From: Paraspadella gotoi
Taxonomy: Eukaryota; Animalia; Chaetognatha
Direction of reading: 5' to 3'
DNA length: 64,000 bases
Assembly (NCBI GenBank): GCA_051294375.1
Contig: CM119269.1
Coordinates: 7,019,552 to 7,083,551 of the forward strand
A model generated the notes under the pieces. It searched no databases. It had not been told where the DNA came from and worked only from the letters and a program-made list of their open reading frames with translations. How positions within the stretch are numbered: the first letter of the stretch is position 1; each line of letters starts with the position of its first letter. The position numbers and the translations under genes are program-made. This document shows, in pieces, positions 26,413-38,570 of this stretch.

Positions 26413-26781
26413 CTCCTTTTTTTTACAAGGCTCATCACTTTCCGATATGTTTTATTTCATCCTTTTTTTCATTTTTAGTCGCGTGGAAACGATTTTTTCA
26501 TATATTTATTAAGAAGTCTGTTATGATTTTTTATGTTACGATGTGTTATGATCTGTTAAGATCACAAATTAAAAGGCATTAGCTTATTAGCGCTTAATTA
26601 TCGTAGGCAGATCCGTCATTATTTGCTCAAACTTGTTTTATCCTGAAAAGTTTCAGAAATAGGATATTGTTATGTCCAAAAAAAAAAAAAGATTTGCTCT
26701 AATTTCACGTTTCTTTTAAGTCGAACCAGTGAAATTGTTTAAATACAAATTTTTTTTTTATTTTTCAATTTTTCATACGCC

Positions 26782-27036
26782 TATGGCAACAGCCGGGTTG
26801 CCTGTGATGCCCATTGGGATGGGGCATCTCACTGTTGGCTTTGGGGGCTTCCGACCCTCAGTGACGCCTCCAGTCACTGGCGCGGTTACCCTAGGACGGT
26901 CTCGCTTTGCCAACGCAGAGGGAAGTCGTTAGGACTTTGGATGGAACACTACGCTGGGGATGGTGTGTTCCCCCTCTGAGCCAATGGATTTTGGCTGACG
27001 GATGGTGGACGTGAGGCGGTGTGAATATACCACCAC
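26782..27036 (-). mobile_element. GC-rich structured SINE-like repeat (block B equivalent of 16216)
   Basis: Same sequence and flanks as the 16216 copy. Confidence 0.8.
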
Positions 27037-28949
27037 ACGCCCATATTAATACATAGTACTCGCCATAAAATTGTTAAAATTTTAAAATGTTTTATTATTA
27101 TTTTTGAAAGCAGATTTGAATTCCTCACGAAAAGTTGATAAAAGGAAAGATAACTCTTTTTATAAAATTATTTCATTAAGTGGGTCAAAATCCTAAAAAA
27201 CTGTTATCGTTAACTTATAATTTAATTTTAGTATAACTTAATGAAATAATTTTTGATTAAGACATATATATTTTACTATATAAACTTTTCATGCGGAATT
27301 CAAATCTGCTTTCAAAACTAAAAAAAACTATTTTAAAATATTGACATTTTCTATTGTGAGTACTCTGTAGAAATATGGCCATATGCAAAAATTGAGAAAT
27401 TCCAAATTTTTTTTTTATATATCAATATTGTTTAGTACAAGACAGTTCATGAACAACTATTCGAATTTTGATTGCAACTTTCACTACGCCTTATTATATA
27501 TACCTATATATGTTCTATTTGTTAATTCCATCCACCATTGCTTTTGGTATATGACAATGGCATCCACCATGTCAGCTTAGCACTGGTTGCTGTCCTGTGC
27601 GCCCTATAACTAATAACCACCTCTTGCAAACTCAAAAATTATATTTCCAATGGACAACAATGAATGTGGGGAAGTTTAATACCTAATATGAGTTATTACT
27701 ATTAGTTAACTGTTAATTTGTCATTTCTACCATTTCACTCCTACATTTAATTTTAAAACTCGCTACGTCGCAAAAAGGGGAAAAAATAAACAAAAAAGAT
27801 AAATTATTTTAACAGTTCAATCAGCTCCGTCCTCTCGGCACTGCTTCTCGATTCCCTACGTGCGGAATCTTAGCGTCGGGACGCCGATTTAGCAGACCGT
27901 CACGCCTAGTGCGATACCAGCGGCGCCGCGTCATGCCACCTTTCCGCATACACAATCTTTTCTTCCTTCTTCTAGTCTGGTTTATTGACTTCCAAACTTC
28001 TAGATTTCCGAATCGATTCCATTGCAATTTAGACTTTCTCGGCGAAAGCAATCGGGAAATTAGATTGACAGAGAATTCGCACCTGAACATCTTTGCCTCC
28101 GAGCATCATTGTCGTCTTCGCTATCAAAACTTTAGGAAGGACTGTGGCTCACCAATGTGGCTATCGCCATGAGCGTCAGTTGATAAGATGGCGCTGACCG
28201 AAAACGGGTGTTGTTATCAATAAAAACGTTTCTAACCAATTTGCTTGGTTAATTATAAAAGCAGACCTTAATAAAATAAACAAAGCATATAGATATTCAG
28301 TTGCTTTTGCCAGCAAGCAGCTACAATATCTATATGCACAACATTAGTAAAATAAAGCATTAACAATAATAAACATTGTAAAACTTATTTGTAGTCTAAC
28401 TGACAATTCCATCTTTTAAAGAGAGAATAAAGAAATCAGTTAACAATAGTAAAACATGTGATGAGATAGCTACTGGAATCTATCTGTGTATAGTTGTTGT
28501 GCTGTTCATTGGTTTATAGTTTAAGTAACATGCTACTTAAAATAATTAAGTCGTTGGAATATCTATATTTGTTTGTTGGTGTGGCACATGCCACTAAACA
28601 CCTTATCATTATTTAAAGGTCCCGAGATCGATTCTTTTGTTTATAATTCATTTAATTATTATTTCATTGATAGGTTTCATATTTACAAGTAAGAGATGAA
28701 GTTTACAGTCACAGCTACTCGCCCTGATGGCTGAATCCTGACTGGTAAGTTATGGGTTCCATCTTACAGGACTAAATATATATATATAAAATATATATCC
28801 GGTTACGACTTGCTAAGTTGTTAAAGGAAGTTCTCAAACCTTTGAAGACGTTGATGGTGACAATGCTGCAGAAGAATTTTAAAAGCTATAATTATATTTC
28901 TGGTTTAACTTTTATGCTGTATTGTTGAACCAAAAAAAGTCACTATTTT

Positions 28950-29162
28950 CTAGTGAAATGTGGCGTAGGGACCTTTAAATCGAGAAGCCAGCTTTCTCGT
29001 AGAAAACCCAACTTTATTTTCCATTCCTTTCACGATGGTGCGCAACTGTCTTGCCGTGAGTTTTCTTGGCCGCCCTGCGCCTTTTTTGTGTTTGAGAGTA
29101 TCTCCAGACTTTACTCTTTGTATTACGCGATATATAGATGGACGGCGAACATTTAGCTTCAA
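28950..29162 (-). pseudogene. Tc1/mariner transposase N-terminal remnant (block B copy)
   Basis: ...GAGRPRKLTARQLRTIVKGMENKVGFSTRKLASRF: HTH, GRPRK and the start of the second HTH. Confidence 0.75.
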
Positions 29163-29417
29163 AAATACTGTAAAGTAAATGCTGTTCCTTCTTGTTCATG
29201 ATTTTTGTAGAATTGGGCAATAAATTGACTGAAAATTGACTGCATCTTGAAAACGCGTGGGCCGATAAAAAAAAAATTCACAGTTTGGTAGACAAACATC
29301 CTAGGCTTTATTTTTAAAAAAAGGAGCTTTCTATGGCGTCCTGGACGCCGTCTACAGGCCCCGGAAGCCGTCTCAATAATTATGGGCCAGATGTTAGAAT
29401 CCATCAAAAAATTTTAA

Positions 29418-30229
29418 GAGGAAAGGTCATTCAGCATAACAATACGTAATCATTGATATATTAGAGCTAATATATCGAGAAATACATTATAGTCATTAGT
29501 AATCACAAAAAAGTTTTTATTTATATGTAAACATTCTGTTTTCAATCATTTTTTTAAATGGGTAAATAACAAAATTGTTAAGTTAAATGGGTAAGCACAT
29601 TTTTTAAAGATTTGTTTTTCAATCTGGTTGTTAAAAAATTCTAGGAAAGAAGTTAAAACACAGTATGGGATAGTTTAAGGGGAGAATTAAACAATTAATC
29701 TTGTTACTCCGTTGGTTTTCCAGTCATGAACAAAATCTTCAGTTAAATAGATGGTAAAGAAATTCGAGCTACAATGAATCTACACTGAATTTGAAGAGTT
29801 GCAGCCTAAACGACTGCAATAATATTGAATTAAAAATTTGATTAGCAATCTTAAAAACATGTGTAAAAATGTAATATAGAGACATTTTGATAAACGCGTT
29901 CCAGTTAGAAAGAATTCAGGGTTAAAGTTTAAAAACGTTTCATTTTCAAGGATACAAGTTAAAATTTAAAAATGTCTCTCTATTACATTTTTCTAATTCA
30001 GTAATAAAAAATTCATAAAAAATATCAGATGGATTGGCTTTTTTGTTTGACCTGCAACTCTTCAGATAGGTTTCTTTTATTTTATATTATAATTAAAACC
30101 GATATAAAATAAGGTAGAATGCATCAAATGTTTAAAGTGAATACATTTTCGGAATCGCCAGGAGCTCAGCTTTCTGAATTTGTACTCCATTTTGGCCTAT
30201 TTTGAAGTTGATTTGAATGACCCTTTTTC
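29418..30229 (+). mobile_element. Kolobok-like non-autonomous DNA transposon, TTAA TSD
   Basis: TTAA|GAGGAAAGGTCATTCA...TGAATGACCCTTTTTC|TTAA. Purine-purine termini rather than piggyBac CCY. Empty site CCATCAAAAAATTTTAAGAT at ~47406-47425. Confidence 0.8.
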
Positions 30230-31494
30230 TTAAGATTTAAATTTTTTTTCTTTATATAATAATATAATAATTTTAATTAGGCTAGTACTCTCAGAAGAAA
30301 ACATTTTTGACAAAAAATATTTTACTACCATAATCTATGCTCATGATAGATTATTTTAACGCTGTATACATTAGAATTTCTATTTCATTGGCTATAGCTA
30401 TCTATATCTTTTTAGAAAACAGAGAGCATCAATAATCTTATAATTCACTTGCGCTCCAACTTTCCTTACAAAAAGTCTCACTGCCCCAAAAGCTCTTTCT
30501 GCTTAAACTAATTTAGAGGTGAAGTGAGCAAAGGGAAATAAACATTATTTACTTAAAAATATAATTGTCTGTTTCAAGTTACTTCATAGATTATAATTTG
30601 TTTTATTAGAATATCTGTCAACATTTTTATGGAGTGAGAGAGTGCAAGAACTTATTTTATCCCATAAGCTATTAATTTTTTAAAAATTTTGCTCTTTTTT
30701 TTGGATGGTGTTGTTATAGAAGACATATTTATACAAATATCCTTCATGACAATAAATCACTGCAATATTTTCCTTAAATAATTCTTTCGTTTACGCTTTC
30801 ATACAACCAGACTCAGATTTTTTTTGTAGTAAAAACATAAGTCATTTATATATTCTATTTTCATATTGATTGGTTATGATTGATTTGGCAATAAGCGGAG
30901 AAATGTTGCCTTAAAAATCCAGCTTTAATTTAATCAAATTAATCAAAATTGAAATAATAAAATTTTAAAATATATAGGTATCATAAAAAAGCTTGGGAAA
31001 GACTAAATTAAAATGGTTAAAAATAATTTGATAATTATTCCAAACCTGCTCTTTGGAATTTTTAATTTAACAGTTATCTTAGTTTTGATTACTTTTGTTG
31101 ATTTATAGCTGAATAGACAAATTTTTATACTACAGTATTTTTAATTATGCCATTCCCTTTATATATTTTAGAGAGCCTTGCAAATGACGATTTTTTTTAG
31201 CGGCGGGTTGCGGTGTGCTCCCTTGTAAGCTATATTAAGGCAATGCTGTATCAATGAATGCTTTTTCAACTTTTTTTGTACTTTTTTCCAAAAGGGGAGA
31301 GATATGTAAGACAAAAATTGAATGAGTTAGTGAGAAGTAAAAATTTATAAGAAATTGTGAACCGAATTAGGGAAGAAAAAAATCTGAGAAAGAGTTGACA
31401 GGAGGAAAGTTATCATATTTGAAATAAACAGAAGATTTTTGAGCATCAAGAACTAAATTTAGCTAAGTTGGCTGAAGACTACTATACGTAATTA

Positions 31495-31643
31495 CTGTGC
31501 CCCTTCAGCATGGAACGGGTCCAGGGCTTGGAACCAGGTTTACGGCCGTCCTCACGCTTCCCGAAGGGTAGGTACCGAGTTGGGATTGTACCCGATTCTT
31601 AGTGGTCAAAAGCAGATGGCTTTACTCAATGAGCCACCGGGTC
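31495..31643 (-). mobile_element. tRNA-derived SINE
   Basis: Minus strand GACCCGGTGGCTCATTGAGTAAAGC...GGGTACAATCCCAACTCGG: A-box- and B-box-like motifs with a non-tRNA body; partial copy at ~49497-49568. Confidence 0.55.
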
Positions 31644-32587
31644 ACGACTGAAGGTGTCATGCCCACAGGCGGGGTGAACTTGGGCAATGCCCGACTACAA
31701 TTTGTGACTACCTTATGACCTGTATTTCTCGTGATATGTCATGACATGACATGACGGGACATGACATGAATACATGACTACAATAACCTTCTTAGCCGGT
31801 GCATCAAAATTCCGTCATTTATTCCTTATAGTTTTAGAATTTCCTGAAGGCGGCGCAAGCAGTCCCTGAGATTTGAGTTTTTTTCTGTCTTAACAAATGA
31901 GCAACCAACTAGGTATAGTGAAATTTTATTCATTTTTAACGTAAGTGGGACAAACCGACGGACAGACATACCAACCGACCGACCAAAAGTGACTTATAGA
32001 GTTGCTCCGCGAGTACTCATGGCGCAACTAAAAACCACACTCAACAGGAAGATAAACTGTACTTTGACGCGGAAGATGCCTATGACAACGACGACGACGA
32101 CGACGATGATAACGACAGAGAGAGCGACGGCTACAGTGACGACACAAGCTTCATTCATTTTGTTCATATCGTGTGGCTCTGATTTATTTCAGAAAGTAAA
32201 AAAACAAACATTCTAATTATGCAAATGAGAAAAAAAATTTATTTAAAATTTCATTCAGACATTTTCAAAATTTACAAAAGAATATTGAATTTACTCATTA
32301 GGATAAGGAAATGTTCGATAACTAAAATCTACAGCAAATGCTGAACAAATACAAGAAAGAATGCAGTAAAAGTTTGTTTACTCAGATTTTGTAATTCTTT
32401 AAAAGACAGGTAAGTCTTCAAAATAAGTTATACATTTTTCTGGTTCTTGGATTGTCTTAATAAAATGTTATCTTGTCATAAAATCTTACTATTTGTTAAT
32501 AATATATTATACAATAATTTCTCTTTTATTACCCAGCACGTGGAAGTACTTACCTGTATAAATATAGAATAACAAAATTATTTAAAA

Positions 32588-33122
32588 ATGCAAAAACAGC
32601 TTTTGATGTTGGTTATCTCAACACTTCTCAATGTCGTGGACTTAATCACTGACATCAAAACTGTGATCGATCTTCACTTTACAAATACATTTCTTAGAAT
32701 TTTTGGTTGGATCAGTTTTGGATTCATGACTTTTCACTCAATAACATCGGGTATTTTAACTCTCGTTGTGATCATCAGGCACCGAGAGGAATTTCCAAGG
32801 ATTTGGCTCAGGTGGTGGAGCAAAGTGGTGACCTTACTTTTTGCTCTTCTGGGTTTGATTTTAGTCCCAGTCACTTATGATCATTTTTTGGATGCAAAGA
32901 TGGGTCGGGTTATAGATAAAAAAGAAAAACTTATCTGGTGCCTTGATATGATTCAATGTCTGGTAGAAGCTTATCCTCAGTCCATAATTCAAGGTGGTAT
33001 TTTATTTGCAACGCTGACCTTGGACTCTGAAGAACAAAAATTTCCTCTTCATTTTAATCTGACCAAGAAAGAAAATTCCTGCAATCATTCGTTCGGAAAG
33101 ACTGCTGGGGAAATAATATTTG
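32588..33122 (+). CDS. XK-related (XKR) membrane protein, first coding exon
   Basis: TM1 with D-x3-D (VVDLITDI), further TM segments and the XK-family E-x-x-P-Q motif (LVEAYPQSIIQ). Upstream 5'-UTR intron CAG|GTAAGT 32410 to CCCAG| 32536. Donor TTTG|GTACCT. Confidence 0.75.
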
Positions 33123-34491
33123 GTACCTCAGCAAAAGATAACAAGGATTGCAAGAAAGATAGAGGGAAAGAAAGAGAGAAAGAAGGAGAGAAAAAGAAAG
33201 AAAAAGAGAGATAGAGAGATAATTGAAAGTATGACTTTAAAAGAGTGAGAGGCTGACAGAAACGTTCAAGATTATCGGATGAAGGGAGAAAAATGAAAGC
33301 AGAAAGATTGATTAAGAGTGGAGCTATAACAGTGGTCAACGTTTGATAATTAAATACAATTACAATTAAATAAAAAAAATTTGTTTTGTTGACAGACAAC
33401 GATTTTTTTTTTTTTAAGTTTTTCTTTTCTGAAAATAAAACAAATTGGTAGTCTGTCAACAAAATAGAAAAATTAAATTAATTCTAATTTTAAACGCGAT
33501 GAAAAATGAGCACGAAAGAACAATGTCTATCAAATAAAATTATAACATCTCATTTTCACATAAGTAACTGCAGAATGGAGCAGATCGAAGCATGTCCAAA
33601 AATTAAAAGCTTTCAACTTAGAATTGACGCAAATTTGGCTTTAAACTCACCACAGAACCGCAGAAAAAAATCGAAAGCTTTATTATTGTTTTGAATATTA
33701 AATAAATTTTATTTCTCGCCTTTTAAGTTTTTGTTAGGTTGGTCCAAGCAAAAGTTCTTCCCTGTCATTTTTATTTTGATGTTTCGTGATTTAGGATAAA
33801 AATTGAAGCCTGAAAAACCTAATATAAATGTGCTGAAAAAATATTTTAAAAGTAAAAGCAGTAAAAAAACAAGTTTGAGCAAACAATGTCGGATCTACCC
33901 ACGATCATTATCGGTAATTAATTAATTAATATTTAATTAATTCAAGTTAATTAATTAATTAGGCAATTAATTAAGTAATTTGATCCGAAATGTTTGTTTT
34001 GATTGAAAAATTGATTGATTAATTAATTATTGATTAATTATTGATTAATTAATCAACTAATTGATTAATTAACTAATTAACTATTTGATTAATCAATACG
34101 TCTTGCATTTACATTTAATATAAAAAGAAAAAAAGCATAATCAATTAGTGAAACAGGTTTTTTGTTTTTTTCCATTTAAACTTATTTCCACTCAAACGAT
34201 TCCATCAAAACTTAATTTTTAGTTTAATCAGACACTTTCCTACCAACACACAAAATTTCAGGTCAATCGCCCCAGCCACTCATGAATAATTGGCGTTCAA
34301 ATAGTGAAATATATTTTTTTTGTTTTTTTCCATTTAAACTCATTTTCACTCGGACGATGCCATCGAAACTTCATATCCAGCTTAATCACACACTTTTCTA
34401 CCCACACACAAAATTTCATTCCAATCCATCCATCCAATCACGAGTAATTGCACTTTTTTGCTAAGGTGGGACGGACGAACAGACAGATGGA

Positions 34492-35610
34492 TAATAAAAG
34501 TTTTAAACTGATGAATATTAGTGAAATTTGACAATTAATCTATTTAATAATTAGTGAGAGTGAAACAGAAATTTGAAATGATAGATTTGAGAGATGAGTT
34601 AATAAGTAATAAAGTGAAATTGAAGAATTAAGATAGAGCTCAAAATGAGCTGGTCCCCCTTGGCATGGGCAAATGAGAGGTATGATCGATGAGGCCGAGT
34701 CATTGGCGTGTCATGGGCTGAGATGACAGTTGGATTGAGCTGGTCATGGATGCGTCAGGAAGGGTTCTTTGCGGGAAGAGCCCAAGTGCTATTCGAATGT
34801 CTGATACGCCTGCGGGTGCCCTCTTCTCGCCTGCTGGCAAGGCAGGCGGTTGTCCGTTCTTGCTGCTTTTGCAACAGGAGTGTCGGATTCCTCTCCCTCC
34901 ACAAAGGAAGGGATTGAGTTGCAACATTTGAGGAAGAGGCATCGTCTGTCCATTGCCTGTTCAAGGGTCTCCGCCTATTTCATTGATGGAAAGAGGGGAA
35001 TCATTGTGCGGGCGTGCTGGCGGCAGGGCCTCCACCACGCTGTTGATAAGCGAATCATAGCTTGGAGGGAGGTCGAATCGTCCTATCTTAATTCTTCAAT
35101 TTCACTTTATTACTTATTAACTCATCTCTCAAATCTATCCTTTCAAATTTCAAATTTCTGTTTCACTCTCACTAATTATTAAATAGATTAATTGTTAAAT
35201 TTCACTAATATTCATCAGTTTAAAACTTTTATTATTGTTATACATTACACATTGTAAATATTTTTGCACTGTTTTCTCTCTCTCTCTTTCTCTCTCTCTC
35301 TCTTTTACCATTTTACTTCTTTTCACAACTTACTCTGTCTTTCCTCAACTTCAGCCTGTCCTCACCAATTGACCACTGTCCTTTCTAAACTCTGTGTTGG
35401 AAACTTTGCCCTCTCTCTCTCTCTCTGTTTATCTCTCTTTCTCTCTTCTTTTACACAAAATATTTTAAAAATTCATTAACGCTGATGAAGGCTTGAAATC
35501 AAACCGAAACATGTCTGTTTTACAATAAAACAAAATCGTTGTCAAAACTAAACTCAAACTGTCTCTAATCGTCCCAAACAACAAAAAGAAAGAATTGATA
35601 TCACAATGCA
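34492..35610 (+). mobile_element. Penelope-like element 3' fragment with inverted 5' part
   Basis: 34492-34636 is the reverse complement of 35083-35234. The inverted part encodes RFDLPPSYDSLINS (matching the endonuclease C-terminus at ~58455). Hammerhead at 35482. Confidence 0.8.
35482..35515 (+). ncRNA. Minimal type I hammerhead ribozyme
   Basis: aacg CTGATGA a GGCTTGA aa TCAAACC GAAAC ATGTC tgtt; 4-bp stem I, one mismatch in stem II. Confidence 0.8.
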
Positions 35611-35745
35611 TAATTTATCATAATTTGATATTCTGACATGATATATGTGGTTGCCCGACAATATTGAGGGGGTGGACCGATGGACCGACAAAGTGAATTA
35701 TAGAGTCGGGATCTGCTTATAAGCAGATCTGACTAAAAAAAATTA

Positions 35746-36485
35746 CTGCAGATCCTAACTCTATAATTCACTTTGTCGGTACGTCGTTCGGCCCCCTCAA
35801 TATTGTTAGTCAACCACATATATTATGTCAGATATCAAATTATGATAAATTATGCAAAAAAAATTATGTCCGTCTGTCTGTCTGTCCATCTGTCTGTCCA
35901 TCCGTCCCAACTTAGCAAAAAAGTCTAATTACTGTTTGTGTGTAGGGAAGTGTGTGATTGAACTAGATAGGAAGTTTTGATAGTTCGAGTGGAAATGGAA
36001 ATGGAAAAAACAAAATATATATTTCACTATTTGAACGCCAATTGCTCATGAGTGGATGGGGCGAATGACCTGAAATTTTGTATGTGGGTAGGAAAGTGTG
36101 TGATTAAGCTGGAAATTAAGTTTTGATGGAATCGTTTGAGTGGAAATGAGTTTAAATGGAAAAAAAACCTGTTTCACTAATTGATTATGCTTCTTTTTCT
36201 TTTTATATTAAATGTAAATGCAAGATATATAAATTAATCAAATAATTAATCAGTTAATTAATCAATTAGTCAAATAATTAATCAATAATTAATTAATCAG
36301 ACAATTAATCAATCAAAACAAACATTTTGGATCAAATTAATTAATTAATTGATTAATTAATTAACTTGAATTAATTAATTAATTAAATTGAATTAATTTT
36401 TATTAATTATTATTAATTACTAATTAATTAATTAATTACCGATAATGATAGTAGGCAGATCCGACATTGTTTGCTCAAACTGGTT
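35746..36485 (+). mobile_element. HINE element (plus strand), head-to-head with the previous copy
   Basis: Partial 5' hairpin, (GTCY)n repeats, 3' GTAGGCAGATCCGACATTGTTTGCTCAAACT. Confidence 0.8.
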
Positions 36486-36494
36486 CATTGCTAG

Positions 36495-38172
36495 ATGATT
36501 CGGAATCTTCGACCACTCGACTAATATGTTCATGGGAGTTCAACAAGTTTTTTTTGTTGATATCACAAATTTTATCTGCAGTATGTTTATCTAAGGTGGC
36601 TACCGTATACAGAATTGAGCATTTAACTTTTAAAAGCTCTATCAATAAAATTATCTACATGATATATGGAACATTTCAAGGATGGGTGTTTCGTGTCTCT
36701 GCTTTCTTTCTTTCTACTTCATTTTTTCGTTCAGCATCAAATTTTCATTTACCTTTGTTTTTCTAGCACCCTTGATGGTATTTAGAGTTTTTACTTTCAA
36801 AGAAATTGAATTACTTATGAAAACTATAATTAACTTCGGGTTTGGATCGAAGAAAGCAATACCTAAACTAAAATCAATGGAATTTCAAATGATATTGTTG
36901 CCATTGTTTTCTATCTTTATATTATCGATGTTTGTAAAACACCTGGAACATCGAAGTTTGAGTATAATTTTAACAAAATTGATGGATGATACAGAATTCA
37001 AATTTGGACTTTACAATAGTCAAACAGTGTATGTGCCTGCATTGAAAATTTCTCTTGATAACGATCATAACTATTGTTTACTTCCAGAATACACGTTTTT
37101 CAAAGTCCAATATAATGCATATTATTGTCTTACTAAGTCGGAAGATGAGATGAAAGCTACAGATTTGATTGAACTAGGAAACCATAATTTTTTATTATAC
37201 AATTTTTCTTCTATTCAAATCAAATTGAGCATTCTAGATATTGTTATAACGCTGCCATTCATCTTATGGATAATACACAAGAAAAGGGCACATCAAAAAT
37301 ATTTTTATGTTTGGCCTATATTATTTTTCCTTTCTATGATGATAATAAATTTAATTTCTATGAATCATCATGAAAAAAAATGCAAGAAAACATGTTATAG
37401 TACTCCAGATTTGGAATGCCGCAACTATTATGGTGAAACTGAGGTTGACTGTACAATAGGATCATTTTTTTACTTATTTAAAAAAATATTCTCTAATTTT
37501 TTTTACTGTTTTTTGGCAGTTTTGTTATTAAGAACAATCAAAGCAATTTTTTTTTTAAAACGATGCAAAAGAATTCAAAGATATTTTATTTTTGTCATGG
37601 TATTACTAACATCACAATTACCATATTTTATAATTAAAACTTTAATGGCTGCTGAAGACAAGAAACCTTTAAAGACAAAGATTTTTAATTTATGCAATTC
37701 TTCTCTAATCACTAATGATGCAAAAGAAATAAAGGAAAGTCTTATGACTAGTCTATATTTAGGAAAACATTTTTTTTTCTTTCTGTGTGTTTCGTTTTTG
37801 CCATTTTTCTATACCACTTTTCTGCTACTCACACTTGTTTTTAAAAAAGTGTTTTTAGCTACAGTTTATTTTGTTTTTTTGATATTTTTATTTTATTTTT
37901 TTCTATATTTCGTTCTTAAATCCATATTCAAAGATGAAAATATTGAACTAGAATTCGATAACCCGGAGTTAATAACTATTCTTTATGATCTGCGCTATTA
38001 TATCGTTTATTTATGTAAAACTAAATTGGCCGAGGAGCATTACCTAAATGAAGTTTCTCAATTTGTAGAACGACTTTGTAAGTTTATACAAATGAAACTT
38101 ACTGACTTTCATAATTTGGATATGCTAGGTTTTTTGATCATGCCCACGACATTTCTCATTTTTTGGGCTTAA
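36495..38172 (+). CDS. XK-related protein, second large coding exon (one-T frameshift at ~36760)
   Basis: GCTAG|AT joins exon 1 in frame (F-D-D-S-E). Reads FFLLISQILSAVCLSK...WVFRVSAFFL. One extra T in the run at 36758-36762 fuses it to the 496-codon hydrophobic ORF ending at 38172. Confidence 0.65.
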
Positions 38173-38570
38173 ATACTTTTTGACGGAAGTAATCTTTTTA
38201 CCCTCTCAGTAAAATCTTGTGATACTAAGCTTTACATAATATAACAAGTTTGAGCAAAAAATGTCGGATCTGCTTACGATCATTAGTGGTATTTAATTAA
38301 TTAATTAATTATTTAATAAATCAATTTATTTAACTATTAATTAATTATTCAAACAATCAATGAATCAAGTAAGTCAATTGTTATCGGCATTATTGTTGTC
38401 GTCGCCATCATCGTCGTCAGTTGCTTTTGTCGTGGTCAGTGACAAAAAGACCTAAAACAAACATTGCAGATCATATTAATTAATTAATATGATTATAATA
38501 ATGCCGATAACGATTGACTTACTTTATTGTTTGATTGATTGAATAATACAGGGTAGTGATTCAAAACTTA

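Larger units (their letters stand above)
33868..35734 (-). mobile_element. HINE element (minus strand), interrupted by a Penelope fragment
   Basis: AACAAGTTTGAGCAAACAATGTCGGATCT at the left, GTCGGGATCTGCTTATAAGCAGATCTGACT at the right; reverse complement of 35746-36485. Confidence 0.8.

Noticed and set aside
315-26512. Many 60-125 aa ORFs rich in SL, ER, FFLS, RTDG or TNER repeats
   Set aside because: They are translations of (CT)n, (CTTT)n, (GTCC)n and (GAAC)n microsatellites.
27821-28140. TAA/TAG reassigned to Gln (alternative genetic code)
   Set aside because: The AT-rich 496-codon XK ORF has no in-frame TAA/TAG and the peptide gene ends sensibly at TAA; decay explains the stops.
31560-31643. 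tRNA gene
   Set aside because: Only A/B-box-like motifs are present; no complete cloverleaf, and it continues into a repeated body, so it is a SINE head.
34508-34532. CTGATGA-ATATTAGT-GAAA as another hammerhead
   Set aside because: No credible stem II or stem III with a cleavage triplet, and it lies antisense to the PLE.
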